DNA of 59,655 nt, counting the filler, from Diploschistes diacapsis (taxonomy: Eukaryota), in NCBI GenBank assembly GCA_023645945.1. It is 7 parts of 7 records of this genome, joined end to end, with 100 filler letters (N's around TTAATTAATTAA, not from the genome) between each part and the next. Parts side by side here need not be neighbours in the genome. Positions count along the whole stretch, not along the records: positions 8,547 to 16,991 come from JALAIB010001151.1; positions 17,092 to 25,529 come from JALAIB010001152.1; 5 more parts are not named here. One strand, written 5' to 3'. The translations under genes were made by a program, and so were the position numbers. How positions within the stretch are numbered: the first letter of the stretch is position 1; each line of letters starts with the position of its first letter. Below, piece after piece: positions 11,644-24,503 of the stretch. The notes under the pieces were generated by a model. The model was not told the DNA's origin. It saw only the letters and a program-made list of their open reading frames with translations, and ran no database searches.

Positions 11644-14005
11644 TCAACGCTCGAACATGCTGACCTTGTCACGGGTTGCCACTTCCTCCAGGCATTCCAT
11701 GACCGGAACGTAAAGCTGTCCGCTCCGGGCTGAAGTGTAAATCTTCGTGATCAACGACCCAATCGTCGGCACTTCCCGCATCACCTCTTCGGGCCCACGA
11801 GGGGTTTGCAGGTGCTCGATACTGATGAAAGGGACGCCGAGGTGATCGCGGACGAATGTGTACATACGCTTCGACGCGAGACCAAGCAGGGGTGTTGCAT
11901 CGCCGTGCTCAAAGTAGTGCTCTCGGTTGCTCATGTAGATTTCGTAAACGAGAGGAGGGCAGCGGCTGGTGAACAGCCTGATGGAGCCCAGGAGCTTGGT
12001 CGGGTCAGCATCGGGCGCAGAGTCCAGAATCATGGCTTGACAGAAGTTGGCGGCTAGCCTGAATCGTTCTTTGCTGTCGGAAGTGGTCAGCCTATCGATC
12101 TTTCTGATGAGGCGGTTCCATAGAGCCAGGCCAAAGTCCTTGCGCTGGGCGTCGGTCGCTGACTTGACCATCCATGGGAACACCTCGTCGATCAAGTCTT
12201 GGAATCGAGGATGCAATTGCTCCAGAAAACGTTCGTGCATTGCTCTCAGGTCAAAGGCTTGGCACAGCGTCAGCAGGTAAGCCGAAGCGAGCTTGGAGAG
12301 GATCTCCAGGGCGGTGTGGGTGTATCGCGCAGATATGAGCGCCAGAGAATTGAGAGCTTGATTGCCCATCTCAGCTGTCTGGACGTGGTTTACCGGGTTC
12401 GCGAGGAATCCAAGCTCGGATTGCAGAGCCGCAACCATGATGTCGACACCCTTCATCAAAAAAGACTGGCTCGGCTCGTCAGGAACCAGGTTTGGGGGCA
12501 AGCCGTGGTTCGTAGCAGGGTTGATGAGCTCGGTGCATTGAGCAAAGAGCATCCTTCCAATGCCCTCGATTCCATGACGAGTCTTCTCCATGGCAGATGT
12601 TATGGCTTTGGCTTGGAAGTTCCCACCATGTAGCGCTCTTCCTTCCGGGTTGATCAGGGGATTGTCCGTGACAGAGTTGCATTCGGTGGTAACCTGTTTG
12701 TGAGCAAGGACGAGGTCTTCGAGGATTGGACCAATCCATTGAGATGCAGTTCTGATCGAATACCGGTCCTGTCGCAGAGAGTCTGTGGCCGAGCCATCAT
12801 TGAAACTGGCTAATTTTGAGCCACCAAGGAAGCGATATATATTATGCGCTGACTCGACCTAGAAAAAGCTCTGAGCACAACAGAAGCTTTGAATGTGGGG
12901 ACACATGGGGAGCACGCTCACCTGCCCAGGATGGGGTCGCACTTGGCCAAAAAAGGGATCGAAGCTCTCGCTCGTCCCACACAATGCCTCAACGCTCATG
13001 GCAGTGAGTAATTGAGAGAGTACAGCCAAGCCGTGTGCATCATGTATGGCCAAAGCTCCGACAGCAGCCGACAGAGCAGTACCGTTGACGATGGACAAAC
13101 CTTCCTTTGCGGCGAGTTTGATCGGTGTGATGTTGGCTTCCGCGAGTGCTCTGCTCGCAGTTGTAACGTAGCGATGCTGCGACTTTCGATCGCCCGTCCA
13201 GACCGTCAGGTTGGCTTCGCCCTGGATGACACCACCAATGTACGACAGGGGGCTCAGGTCGCCAGATGCAGAGATGCTGCCGTGCAAGGGAATTCGAGGG
13301 ATTACATCCTTCTGCAACAAGTCCAACAACCTTTCGACAACCTCTGGCCGGACAGCCGAGTGGCCATGCACAAGCGAATTGATCCTGATGACGATGGCTG
13401 CGCGCACCCAAGGTTCTGGCATGCAAGTAGATGTGATGGGATCTTCCATTGGCAAGGCGCTGCTGAACATGGCCGTTAGTCCTTGCGGGGGGTGAGAGCC
13501 ATGTGCACTATTGACGCCATTCGCAAACGGGGATCCGTGGCCGAGCACCGGAGTTGCGAGGACACCATACTGGAGCATGCGGATAAGAGAAGACTGGAGG
13601 TCCTCTACCTGGTCGGTTCGAGTGTCGGCGCTGCCACCGAAGCCCGTGTTGACCCCTGCCGGTAGCTGTGAGCCAAACAGCATGGAAGGGGGGAGAGTAC
13701 GGCCTTACCATATATGATCATGCCCTTATCGAGGCTATCCTCTAAAGCAATGCGACTTTCATTCAGCTTGGAGAGTGATTCAGAATCAACGCCAACGGCT
13801 GCTCCATGTCTACAGCCATCAGCAACGGTCTGCGTGGTCGTTAAAGGAAATCTTACCGCGCGATAGCAATGACGGTAGCAATATCAAGGTTGCAGCCGTT
13901 CACATTCGCTGCTGCACTACCTGCATCACTAGGCGTAATCCTTTTAATGAAGCTCTTCCATGAGCTCAGGGCGATGGAGCTATGGTGACCACGTACAGTC
14001 TCCAT
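11644..14005 (-). CDS. PAL: MIO-dependent aromatic amino-acid ammonia-lyase, probably phenylalanine ammonia-lyase, 4 exons
   Basis: IYG|VNTGFGGSADTR, MIO motif GSISASGDLSPLSY, AKEGLSIVNGT, RPHPGQ, LRQDRYSIRTASQWIGP, NSVTDNPLI, HGGNFQA, HVQTAEMGNQALNSLALISAR. Confidence 0.93.
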
Positions 14006-15784
14006 TTTTGAATGATTTGAAGGTGGAGAGCGAAGAATGAGCATTAATGATGCAGGTTTTATAAGCGCAGACGGGTAAGCAGGGCTGAGGGACGAGTTGC
14101 CAGCAAAAACAGACGACAGTTCATGAGTTGCTATATGATCTAGGAGGGGATCGGGCGGTAGCGAATGCGAATCTATTAGGGGGCAGGTTGAGGCGAAGAT
14201 TGTATGCACTCAAGGCAGAAGCTGAATGGTTGACGGTGTCAGGTCGGGCGATACAAGGAGGGAGGAAAGAACACGATGGCAGTGTTTATCATGATCTAGG
14301 AGCAGCAAGTGGAAGAGTAGAAGGAGAAGCTCTCTGCTGTACAATGAACGGTACCAGGTAGTAGTTTTGTAGATGGGGAATGTGTATCCATGTAGTAGTA
14401 TTTAAGAATGAGGCATGTAAACTACTGGATCAAGTCGGTCTTGCGTCCAGAACCATGCTCGCCACGTTGTTTGGGGACCCTGCGGCCATGTTGGCAATCC
14501 CTTGCTGGGGAGTTTCATTCCATGGATGGATGATGGGAGGGATGGGTGTTCTTGTCTGCGTGGCTATCTGGAACCTGATTACATTATCGTCGTCCGACGG
14601 GCCTTCCTTAGCCAGCTAGGTGGTTAGTAGGGGTCATTTATAAGCTAGTACGGTAGCACGCACACTCTACATATAAAAAACATCTGACTGTAATTATGGA
14701 ATACTTAGGTAAAAGGCAATCCTATCGTATCGGAGAGAGGCGCTTTGTCCTTGATAGTAAATAGCGCGTAGCCGGTGCTGTTTGGCTCAGGGAAGGGGAA
14801 CGGAGAAAATGATTGCAATGAGCTTCTATCCGTAACAGCAACAGGGTGTAACAAGCATACTACCGGCTTTAAGATTTATCATTGTCAGCCAGCAGCTACG
14901 GAGAACTCCTGGATCTACTAAGTTTCTTAAATGATTTATTTGTAATATACTTACTTATAAGAGATACTCGATCATCGTCCCAAGAGGAGCGGGCTGGCTG
15001 CCAACACAGTGCCCAGCCAAGTGGGGCCGGCCGGAAAGCACTGGCGCTGGTTAGGTGTGTGAAGCCTACCACGCTGACTGGACGATCCGTTAAAATGGTA
15101 TCAATCTAGAGCTCTCTACTCCATATCGAACCCCTGCATACAAGGCACAGGCAATCAAGATGATCGATGTAAGGGTTAGGATCTGAACATGATGGCAGCA
15201 AGAGTTAAGTTGATCTTCTCAGAGCATATCTAGTTGTCGGCAGTGTGGCCTTGGTCACCCGGCAATTACCGGAGATAAATTATTAATTTCGTAAGAAAGA
15301 AATAAAAAACAATTAATTAACCGATTAGCGAGTAATATTTAACCCCTGCTTCTTCCCCGTTGGGACCAACTAAGAAGTTGCTAACATTCGGAAGTGATTC
15401 GGTTTATTATTAAGTTATTCTCTGCGCTGCTTTTTCACAGCCGGTAGAGAACCTTGCACACACGCTATTTAACTAATCCCTGGCTTCTTTCAGGAACAAA
15501 AATATCTGGAGCTACCACGACGACGACATCAAAAACTTTAATACTGCTGAGTGACTGAGCACATACACTTGCGAAGAGAGGTGACCACTACGGATAAACC
15601 TACCACATTTCGCCAAGCGTGTAAAGTCAATCATTTCCAGAGAAGCTCCGCGGGCATAGGTCGAATTAAGAAGATCCGAGCTGTTGGCGCGCCACATCGC
15701 AGGAACAGGAAGTTGGAAAAACTATCCTTGTCCCTGTTCCGTGAATGCACATGTAAATTGAAATCATATATCAATAGTCACATA

Positions 15785-16991
15785 CAGTACTAGTCCAAAA
15801 GTAATGGTCCCTCGGTTAAATCGGTGCAAATAAACAATAAATGCCTACTATTATTTCTACAATAATACTACCATATCGTCGTTTGAAGCTCTGGGAGCGT
15901 TCTGAGCTTATAGGCGCATACAGATCAGATATTATTCTGAAAAATGCAGTCAATAGATTAAATATTCCTTATTCTATAGTTAAAAAGATAATAGCAAAGG
16001 TTTTAAAGCGTGATAAAGATCAAGATGATCTGAAGCGCTTCGGAAGACCTCGAACAACGTCCGAAAATCAAGAAAATAGGTTTTATCGAACGGTTAGACG
16101 CCATCTAGAATCTGAGTGGTCTGAATTGCTCGATATCTCGTCTACCAATAAAAATATAGTGCGCCGAAGATTCCGCGACATCGACCCCTCTTTCAAAAAA
16201 TATAGGATACGGTGGAAGCCATATTTAGAGCTTGAAGATGCGGAAAAACGCCTGAGGTACTCTTGAATACACCGAATTTAGCGCGCCGAGGATTTTATTA
16301 ATATTTGGTTTACCGACGAGTGCTTTATAGTAATAGGAAATAATGAAATACGAAAATGGGTATAAAGATATATAGGAGAATAATGGCTTCCCGATTACTT
16401 AATAAAAACGGTTAAAAACAAGGAAAGCATTATATTTTAAGCTGGTATGAGAGTCGATGGACGCGTCGTGTGATATTTCTTCGAAAATTATTATATAAAT
16501 GGACGAAGTGTTACCGCCGAGGTTTATTATGCTTTATTAAGGGATATTTTGTCTTAAATTTACGAACCTAAATAAGGTTTTTTGCAGGATAATGCTTTTA
16601 TACATATTGTAAACGCTGTTAAAACGCTGTTAGAGAGTTTCGGCGTCTAAGTTCTCGATTATTTATTATATAGTCCAGATTTGAACGCTATAGAGCATCT
16701 TTGGCCTAAATTAAAAGAAAAGGTATTTCGGCTTCATCCAGAGCTTAAAACAATGCGTGGAAGCAAGGATAATAAGAAATAGGCTTTAAAAGCTACTATT
16801 ATCGAAACATTTAATTAAATTACGGTAGATAGGGAATGGGATTTGCCTGCTCGATTAATCTACTCGATGCCTACGCGAATTCAGGCTGTATACGACGCGC
16901 AGGGGTGGCAAACAAAGTATTAATAGATACTACGAATAAAGGGCATCAAAATGATCTAAAAAGCGCATTTGTAGGACATTATTTGGGTGCG
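15785..16991 (+). mobile_element. Tc1/mariner (DD34E) DNA transposon, RIP-mutated, right end at contig break
   Basis: Begins TA|CAGTACTAGTCCAAAAGTAATGGTCC (Tc1-like TIR after a TA target). AT-rich, with a decayed transposase inside. The contig end GGACATTATTTGGGTGCG loosely resembles the inverted copy. Confidence 0.85.
15841..16923 (+). pseudogene. Tc1-family transposase pseudogene (360 codons, in-frame stops, no frameshift)
   Basis: A single frame retains GRPRTT, IWFTDE, FLQDNA-x-SPDLNAIEHLW (34 residues between second D and E) and C-terminal GWQTKY*. Many TAA/TGA stops fall where W or Q codons are expected. Confidence 0.9.
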
Positions 16992-17091
16992 NNNNNNNNN
17001 NNNNNNNNNNNNNNNNNNNNNNNNNNNNNNNNNNNTTAATTAATTAANNNNNNNNNNNNNNNNNNNNNNNNNNNNNNNNNNNNNNNNNNNN
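16992..17091. other. Artificial contig linker
   Basis: N44-TTAATTAATTAA-N44. Confidence 0.98.
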
Positions 17092-18172
17092 TCCTCATCC
17101 CCCACCCCAACCCCCTTTGCTCCCTTCCAACACCAGCACCACTCATACTGCCAAGCTCCAAAACCCAATCCCTCACACTTTCTGCCATGCCGCCTTGTAC
17201 GTAGCTATACCTCGCCCTCCCCACCGCCCCACCCGTACCGGCACCAGGCGGACGGCCCCTCCGTGACCGATGCGGCGAGAAAAGCAGAGCGGCAAGAGAG
17301 GCGTCGTAGTTTACGTCCTCGGCTGCGCTAGTGGAGGACGGGAGAATGAATCCGGCTCGGGGGCGAGTATGGGGTAATGTAGGCGCAGTTGCTGTCTCGG
17401 GCATGGTGGCGGTGGTAGAAGGAGATGGGTGGGTTTGGTTGAGGCGGAAGCGCCGAGCTGTTGTGGGGGAAGAGGGTTGCGGTGGGGAGTCGAGGGGCTG
17501 CGAAGGTGAAAGAGACGGGTTGGGCGAAGAGGGGGAGCGAGGTGGAGATGAGGAAATTATGATGGGGCGGATCCGAGGCGGAGTTGCTGTTGCGAAAGTG
17601 GTTGGGGATGCGGGTGTGGTTGGCGCGCGCCGGGCGAATGCTTGATATGGAGGCGGCGGCGGCGGCGGCGGCGGTCTTTGCTGGCCCGGAGGTGAGGGTG
17701 TCAGGCGTCGGCGCTTGCAGGGTAAGTGGGGGAACAGGAGCTCTTCGAGGTCTGAGCTTGTGCCTGTGTCATCGTTGCGTGCGGAGTATACCTGCATGGG
17801 ATCTGTGAAATTGGGCCTAGAGGTGGCGCATGGCTCTATTAAATCAGCGGCGACGCTATGGTGCGCTAGGTCTACCATATTCGCTTCTTGCGCTTGGCTG
17901 CTTCCGTCTTCAATCTCCTCCCTTGTCTCACCGTATGGATTACATTGACCTTGTCGCTTAGATACGAGCGGAGAGGAGGGTGAGGAGTCGAGACCATCTG
18001 AGATGTACTCTTTGGCGATGGCTCCTGGCCTGCTGGATGCAAAGCGTGGTGTAGGCGCGAACTGACGAGAGGTTGAGGATGGTAGGGCCCGAGATGAAGC
18101 CGAAGGAGGATGGCGACCTCGTGACTGGATAAAGCGATGGGGCGTCGGTGTCTGCCCTCCTTGTGAGCTCAT
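17092..18172 (-). CDS. Pro/Ser-rich disordered hypothetical protein, 3' truncated by contig end
   Basis: 360-codon open frame from ATG with islands QFAPTPRF, FSPHRSRR and YVQGGMAESVRDWVLE in low-complexity sequence. Confidence 0.65.
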
Positions 18173-18750
18173 TCCAAGATGTGAGGGAAAGTGGGATTAC
18201 AGTCGGCGGCATGTCGGATTAACTACTTATGAAGGTTGGTACTTGAAGAAAGATCGGTAAATCAACGACATGCATGCGTTCAACTCGAAATGATGAAAGA
18301 CATTCTGCGCATGTTTTGAGAAATGATAGAAGACCAGCAGAGACATACCACTTATATTGAAGACAGAATAGCACCTATATCTATATTCTTAGACAAAGTA
18401 TCAATAATCGCAACGCTGCTGCCGCTGTACCTGACAGAGGATCCCATAACGTAGCTTACGGTAAGTCAATCATATCTAGATTAGTATGTATCGTGAATCG
18501 CCCCGCATGGAACGTGTTTCTTGAACACAACTCGATGCACACGTCGATATTTGAAGTCTTTAAATCTTCACAGTTGGTTAATTATCTTATTCCTTTGTTT
18601 TTCATGTTTCATCAGAAGGCGTGTAGTTGCGCCTTACCCCCTATGTTTAATCTTAGCTCTAATGTATAGTCTTGGTATATTTAGCTTCGTGTTCACCTAA
18701 CGCCGTCGCTATGCAGAGACTCGGTAACCGACCTAATGCACCCATGCAAA

Positions 18751-21544
18751 CTATGCACCGTATTGTATCTGTGAACGCCGAAGCCTACCAGGTCCAGGCC
18801 CGATATCAATCCTGCTAAAATCTTCGCTAAGATTACCACCGCTCCAATCTTCCTGCTCGCCCCCAAACGGCACTTTGGCGGGCACAGGCGGTGGCCCAAC
18901 TGGCGCGCCTCGTCCATACGTTGGGCTGTTGCCGTATCCGTAGTTGGGATGATGCTCCCTTAGCGGCTGTGAGGGTGGAGTGTGCTGGTCCATTGGAACA
19001 GCGGGCGATGAATTGAAATGAACAGGTATAGGAGGGGCGTTCATTTTCTGTAACCGGTTTCTCCCTGCTTGAGACGGTGAAACATCATTGACAGAAGAGG
19101 CATGTGCGACAGGGGCCATTGGCTGGTAAGGCATGGGCTGAGGTCGTGCGACTGACTCTCGAGGGGACCTCCTTTGTGCACTCGATGGTAATGATTGTGT
19201 CCCTGTTGTGTTGTGTCGAAACTTTACATTTATCTGGTGAGATTTTCGTGGAGCCTTTCGCTCAGGCTCTGGAGCCCAAGTGTCCGCTGGCAGGTGATCC
19301 GAAGGATCGACGACACGACCCGCCGAGTTGACTATAGGGCCGGATTCGAGTTGCTCTTCCTTTTCGCGGTCGCGAGTTGCTTCTCTGATACTCTCGGGGG
19401 TATTGTATTTGGGTGCCGGAACGTTGATGCTCTTCGCAGCGCTTAAATTCGGGTTGAACTGCTCGTAAGAGTTCGGGGAGAATGGCGCTCCTCTAAACCC
19501 AGAGTCTCGGGGGGCAGATTCGGGCTGAGGACTAACTGATTTTCGAGCGGGTGTCCTTGGGTCAGGACTGACAGCTCTTGGCTTTGCTATCGGTACAGAT
19601 GCACGGTGCACTCTTGGCAGTTCTGGTTGACTGGGCCATCCTTGCTGACTGCCATTATGGCCCTGCGGAGTCTGGCCCGCGTAGGGAAGTTGACGAGACA
19701 CTGACCTGTCGTAAATGGAAGTCGTGTCGTACCCTGGACCAAACTGATTACTCATATGATGACTTCGACGGTATGCATTAGGTATTCTTGCACTGTCGTA
19801 TCCATCGGGCGTAACTGGGCCATATGGTTGAGGCGTATTAGGGAACGATTGTGAGTGAGGAACATTCGAGTCATCCTCGAAAGGTGGAAATCGCTCGTCG
19901 TTTCTAGGTCTTCGAGGGTCGTCTCGCTGTTGGTTTGATGTGACGCGAGGGTCGTATTCGCGGGGATAATTAGAAGACAAAGGCGCTGATGCAGTCGACA
20001 GTCTCGACTCGGAAGGTGATACTGCGTATCGTTGATCTGGTTCTGAAAAGTCCGTGCTTGATTGGGCCAAAGGACTACCAGATGTGCTTCCTCGTAACTG
20101 CCCGAGAGGCAGAGGTGCGGGTGCGGACTGGCGATGAGGGAGAGCAGCACTATAACCATTGGAAATGCGAGAATGCGGAGGCGGAGGTGGAGGCTGCGGC
20201 GCACCATTGTTTTGAGATTCGTAGGATTCATAAGGCAGATACTGCGAAGCATCTCCAGCAGAGTGGTGTCGGGACTCCTCAGGATATTCGTCTGTGTATT
20301 GCTGATTGTAGGGGTCATCCACGGATTGACTTCGTAGGGGACTAGGGAGATGAGGTTGACTGTTCTGGTATGGCTGTTTGGACTCTCGCGGTTCGAACGG
20401 TTGCGCCTGCTCTGGCAAACGATCGTACTGTGGTAGAGTATAGGAGGGGCTCGATCTAGCAGAGTTGTAGTACTTTGGAGTTTGTGCAGCACTGGACCGA
20501 TTTGTTCTTGGTGTATGAGGTGGTAACTCCGGTAGCTCTAAATCACGGGAGGATGAGTCGTAGCTCGGCTGCACGTCCTGAGGACTTGATGGATATGGGG
20601 GATTCCTGTATTGCTCTGGCTCTTGTGCCATGTACGCTCTGTCATGTTGCAGAGTGCTAACGGAATGGGGGGCGAACGAATCCGACGCCCTTGGTTCAGT
20701 ATCATCAAGGTTGTGGGATACGGTCGAATGGTCATCAATGTAGATATCAGATTGTGCACTATCGTCATAGTTGCTTGGGGCATATTGCGACATAGTAACC
20801 TGCTCTTGCGCTCGAAACATTGACGGAGTGAAGCTCGAGTCGGCAGAGGTGCCAGGTAGAGGTCGGGGTCCGCGAGACGGCGTCAGCTGCGTGACTGGTT
20901 GGGTTGGATTGGCAGGTAGCGGCCTCCTCTTTACGGCCTTGCTCTGTCGGGACCCGTTCGCAGCATCTCTCTCTGTACCAGCCGACGCAGCCTCAACAGC
21001 ACCCTCGAGTTTCTCCTCACGAGGGCGAGAATCGTAGTAGGTGAGCTCAATCCTTATTTCACCTGCATACCTTCCTCTACAATTCAGGGTATGCCACATA
21101 TCATTTCTTCCACCTCCTGGGGCTAGGACAGGATCCAACTGCACCCATGCCTCCCCGATAAGATCCGTCTTCTTGTCGTCGTTAAAGACAGAAACCTTGA
21201 GCTGATGGTAGTCCAGTGAGTCGTGTACCGTAAATCGGAGCTCCTGATCCCTAATGCAATGTTAGTTGATTGTTCTTGTGCCATTTCGATCGCGGCCGGT
21301 AAATATTTTACCACTTTGGTGTCTGGCCTCCTCGTTTGTCGGTCTCCGTCTTCTTGGCCTCCTTTCCTAGCCTTGCAGCGCAATAAGGATCCTGTTTGCC
21401 CATCGTCTTGCGGTTCGGCAGATTCTTGGCTCGATCGATAATGACCACCAGCGTTCCGATTTCGGGTCCGTCGACAGACATATCCGCGAAAATGCCCGCG
21501 GTGTGCCCGCCCGACACGGCCGCCTTCTGGAGCTTGTTGGCCAT
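18751..21544 (-). CDS. N-terminal C2-domain cytokinesis protein, Inn1/Fic1 (ingression protein) family, long Pro-rich tail
   Basis: GTLVVIIDRAKNLPNRKTMGKQDPYCAARLG..DKRGGQTPKW|DQELRF..VFNDDKKTDLIG. Intron 21311-21251. PxxP-rich C-terminus (PPPVPAKVP). Confidence 0.82.
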
Positions 21545-22375
21545 GCTGAGCCCCTGGAATGGTAGAATAGAAAACGAATGGAATGGAAGCACTCGAAGGC
21601 CGAGAAAGAAAACGTTGAATAGAAAATAACTGCTAAATTTTCCACGGGGAGGGTCAAAAGTAGGTCCCAAAGCTATCTTATTGGTAACTAGAGTGGTTGG
21701 GTGACATGGAGGGGCTGGGCATTGCTGCTAGGATTGCGATGGACACATAGCCTATCAATTGACGCATTGGACAACAACGATTTTTCTGTTTTTCTGTCAA
21801 TTTGACAGAAGTCGTTTTGTGTTCATTTGATGACCGGTTTACAACGCTCCAGGAGGATGGGCCAGGCCAATACCGCTGTTTACTTTGTATTTCCAGTTTG
21901 GGGGGGTTTTTGTTTATTGATGTCAGCGGCCCGGAGCCATGTTTGACGAGGTCTTGGCTCCAAGAATGATACGACAGGCGACAGGCGATACTAATAATAT
22001 ATATCTCTTTCAAGAGCGCAAAGGATGCTTCAGATCAGCTATAACATAGAGCCTCAAGTATTATTTCAGACTCGTTGTGTGCAGTCCATGAAACCTCTTC
22101 CAGAGTACGCGTAATGAGTGAGCCCCAGCGAGCACAGCCACAAATGGCTGTGCTTCGTATACAGATGGATGACTAAGATGGATGACTAAGATGATTCGAT
22201 TCGGAAGGCTTGGCAAAAAAAACCTTGAAGCTTTGAAGCTTGCGTCATGTAAATCCAATGTTGCCCCGCGTAAGTTGATGGACCCTAATTCACGAACACG
22301 TTCAAGTGGAAAAAGCTTCACGTTCAAGTTCCATCCTGCCTGATATCGACTAAAAGCTGCAACCATATCAGCATA

Positions 22376-22815
22376 ATGTCTGCACAATACGAAGGACAAG
22401 ATCCTCTTGACATCGCTCGCAAGGCCGAGCAGGACATGAACTCGCGTGAAAACCGTGCAGGCCAACGGACTCTTGACAAAGGTAAACTACCTTCCAACTA
22501 AGATTGGGCATATATTTGATGTGAAGCCTAACCGAGCGTTTCCCAGACGAAGCTGGTGTGGACGAAAACATCGACGCAAAGTTCCCCGGTTCGACAGTCC
22601 AAACTGGCTCCGCCGCATCAGGCGCTGGAGACAACCGTGAAATCCCGGTAGAGGAGGGCGGCGATATTGATGCAAAAGGGAGACCGACCAAAGCCAGGGA
22701 CTTTGAAGGGGAAGGGGGCCCAGAAACGAAGGCGCAGATGCAAGCAGAGCAGAACCCAGGCAGTGACGATGTCAGGGAGAATCTACGAGGTCCATCTGGC
22801 GACAAGACGTTATAG
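22376..22815 (+). CDS. Small hydrophilic Gly/Asp/Glu-rich protein (hydrophilin-like), 2 exons
   Basis: MSAQYEGQDPLDIARKAEQDMNS.. joined by intron 22482-22546 (GTAAAC..CTAAC..CAG) to DEAGVDENIDAKFPGSTVQTGSAASGAGDNREIP.. Confidence 0.8.
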
Positions 22816-23678
22816 GCAAAACCGCAGTATATACTTGGAATCTCCGACGAACTGGCGGCGATTTTGATGGGAATATGGGGGCATGACTACCCAAGGTCAG
22901 ATAGAACAAGGGCAATTTTTCAAGCCTCTACTGTATCATATCATCCGGTAGCTTCAATTCAGAAAGCTTGCAAACTATATACAAAAAGCTTCTGTAACTC
23001 AGAGACCGCCCAGGGCCGTTACGTCATGATCTTATGCTTATGTAACCTGGCTAGGCGAACCAGCTGAGTCAGGTGACAGAGTGATCAACCGTGCGCATGA
23101 TGAAAACACAAGACTCGATGAAGCAATTCTGATAATGGCAATTCTCCTACCTATCAATATCGAGACTGATGATGATAATTGCATTCACAACGCTTCAAAA
23201 AAAAGTGTACGCACCTACTTGCTTGCTTGCAGGTCACATGAAACCCCCCTCTCACCGCTAACTCATGACCATACTTTGTAGATTTGTCTTTACTGCAACT
23301 GGCGTGATCTTCCTGCGAGGCTAGCTTTGACAGGCAACGCTTCATGCGATAGGAACAAGATCCGCCGCCGCTTCGTGCTCCGTTCTAAGGGCTTGACTGG
23401 CTGCCGCCATCCTCCCTTCCCCAGATCTCACTTCTCCTTCGACTTTTCATTTCAACATTGTCTACTCACTCCTTTCTTCTGTCCCGAGTCTACAATAATA
23501 AAGAGTTGGGTGAAGGCAACGGTTGCCAAGGGCGAAAAAACTCTGAATTCTCGACCGTGCTGAAACCGTGCGCAACCCTTTGTAAGCCTTTGTTGTTCTA
23601 TTGTTCGCCCATATCGAAGGAGGCAACCTCATATTAGCGGACTGCCTTTCAGGTAGTCCGGAAGGGAGCAGGGTCAAG

Positions 23679-24503
23679 ATGACCAGGAAAAGTGTCTATG
23701 GCAGTGCTCTGGTCGTGTTCCTAGCGAGTAAGCTTCGACCCATGCGATGCAAATCAACCCAGAACAACTAACTGGTCACTACAGCGATGGCGATGACTAT
23801 CGCCAGTGTGATAATACCGCGCTGGATAAGTTGGAATCTTTCGAGTGTGAGCTCTGCCTTCCCTTTGTCTTAAAGCAACATTTCGAGCCATCAGCCCAAG
23901 CACTCGGTTCGCTGACACGAACACTTGCTGCAGACCTCCGGCGCCCCAATTCATTACACTTATGGCCTCCATTCTCGTTGCTCATCTGTGACCGGCGAAT
24001 GTGACCCATTTCCTACCGACGATGTCTGCCGTGAAGATCGCTACTTCTGCAACGCCTGGCGCTCGGTCGGGTTCCTCATGTCTTTTGCCGTCGTTCTCGA
24101 GGGAATGACACTCGTGGCGTTCATCGTGATGCTTAGCAGCGGCGTCCAGAAACGGACAAGCGGGTGGAAGACAGTGACGGTGCTTCTTGGACTAGTCGCA
24201 CTAGTGCAGTGCGTGGCCATGGGATTGCTGGTATGCTTTGGGGCGCCGCAAGTGGCTACTTTGGACCCAAGACTAATTGCTGTACAGGCGCACATCTACG
24301 AAGTTGACGACCGCTTCTTCCCCGGCTGGCATTTCGATACCAGCTTCATCCTTTGCACCGTCAGCTGGTGCACGCAAATTCTTGTAGGCGGCGGACTCGT
24401 TGCAAGCGCATTCCTGCTTGAGACGGAAGGTGGCTATGAACTTCTGCCTCAGGAAAATATGATGCCGCAAACTGAAGAAAGAGCTGAAGGTTTTGAGCCA
24501 TGA
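23679..24503 (+). CDS. Four-TM membrane protein, claudin/Sur7-PalI-like, multi-exon
   Basis: MTRKSVYGSALVVFLA|TMAMTIASVIIPRWISW, loop YGLHSRCSSVTGEC..C..FCNAWRSVGF, then three more hydrophobic segments. GT-AG introns near 23728, 23846, 24232. Confidence 0.75.

Noticed and set aside
14380..15780. Gene between PAL and the Tc1 element
   Set aside because: Only short stop-interrupted frames and an isolated acceptor-like site; no recognisable product. A degenerate relic cannot be excluded.
8547..16991. PAL-centred secondary-metabolite cluster
   Set aside because: Only BOR1 and a dead transposon share the contig; no PKS, NRPS, P450 or CoA ligase is visible.
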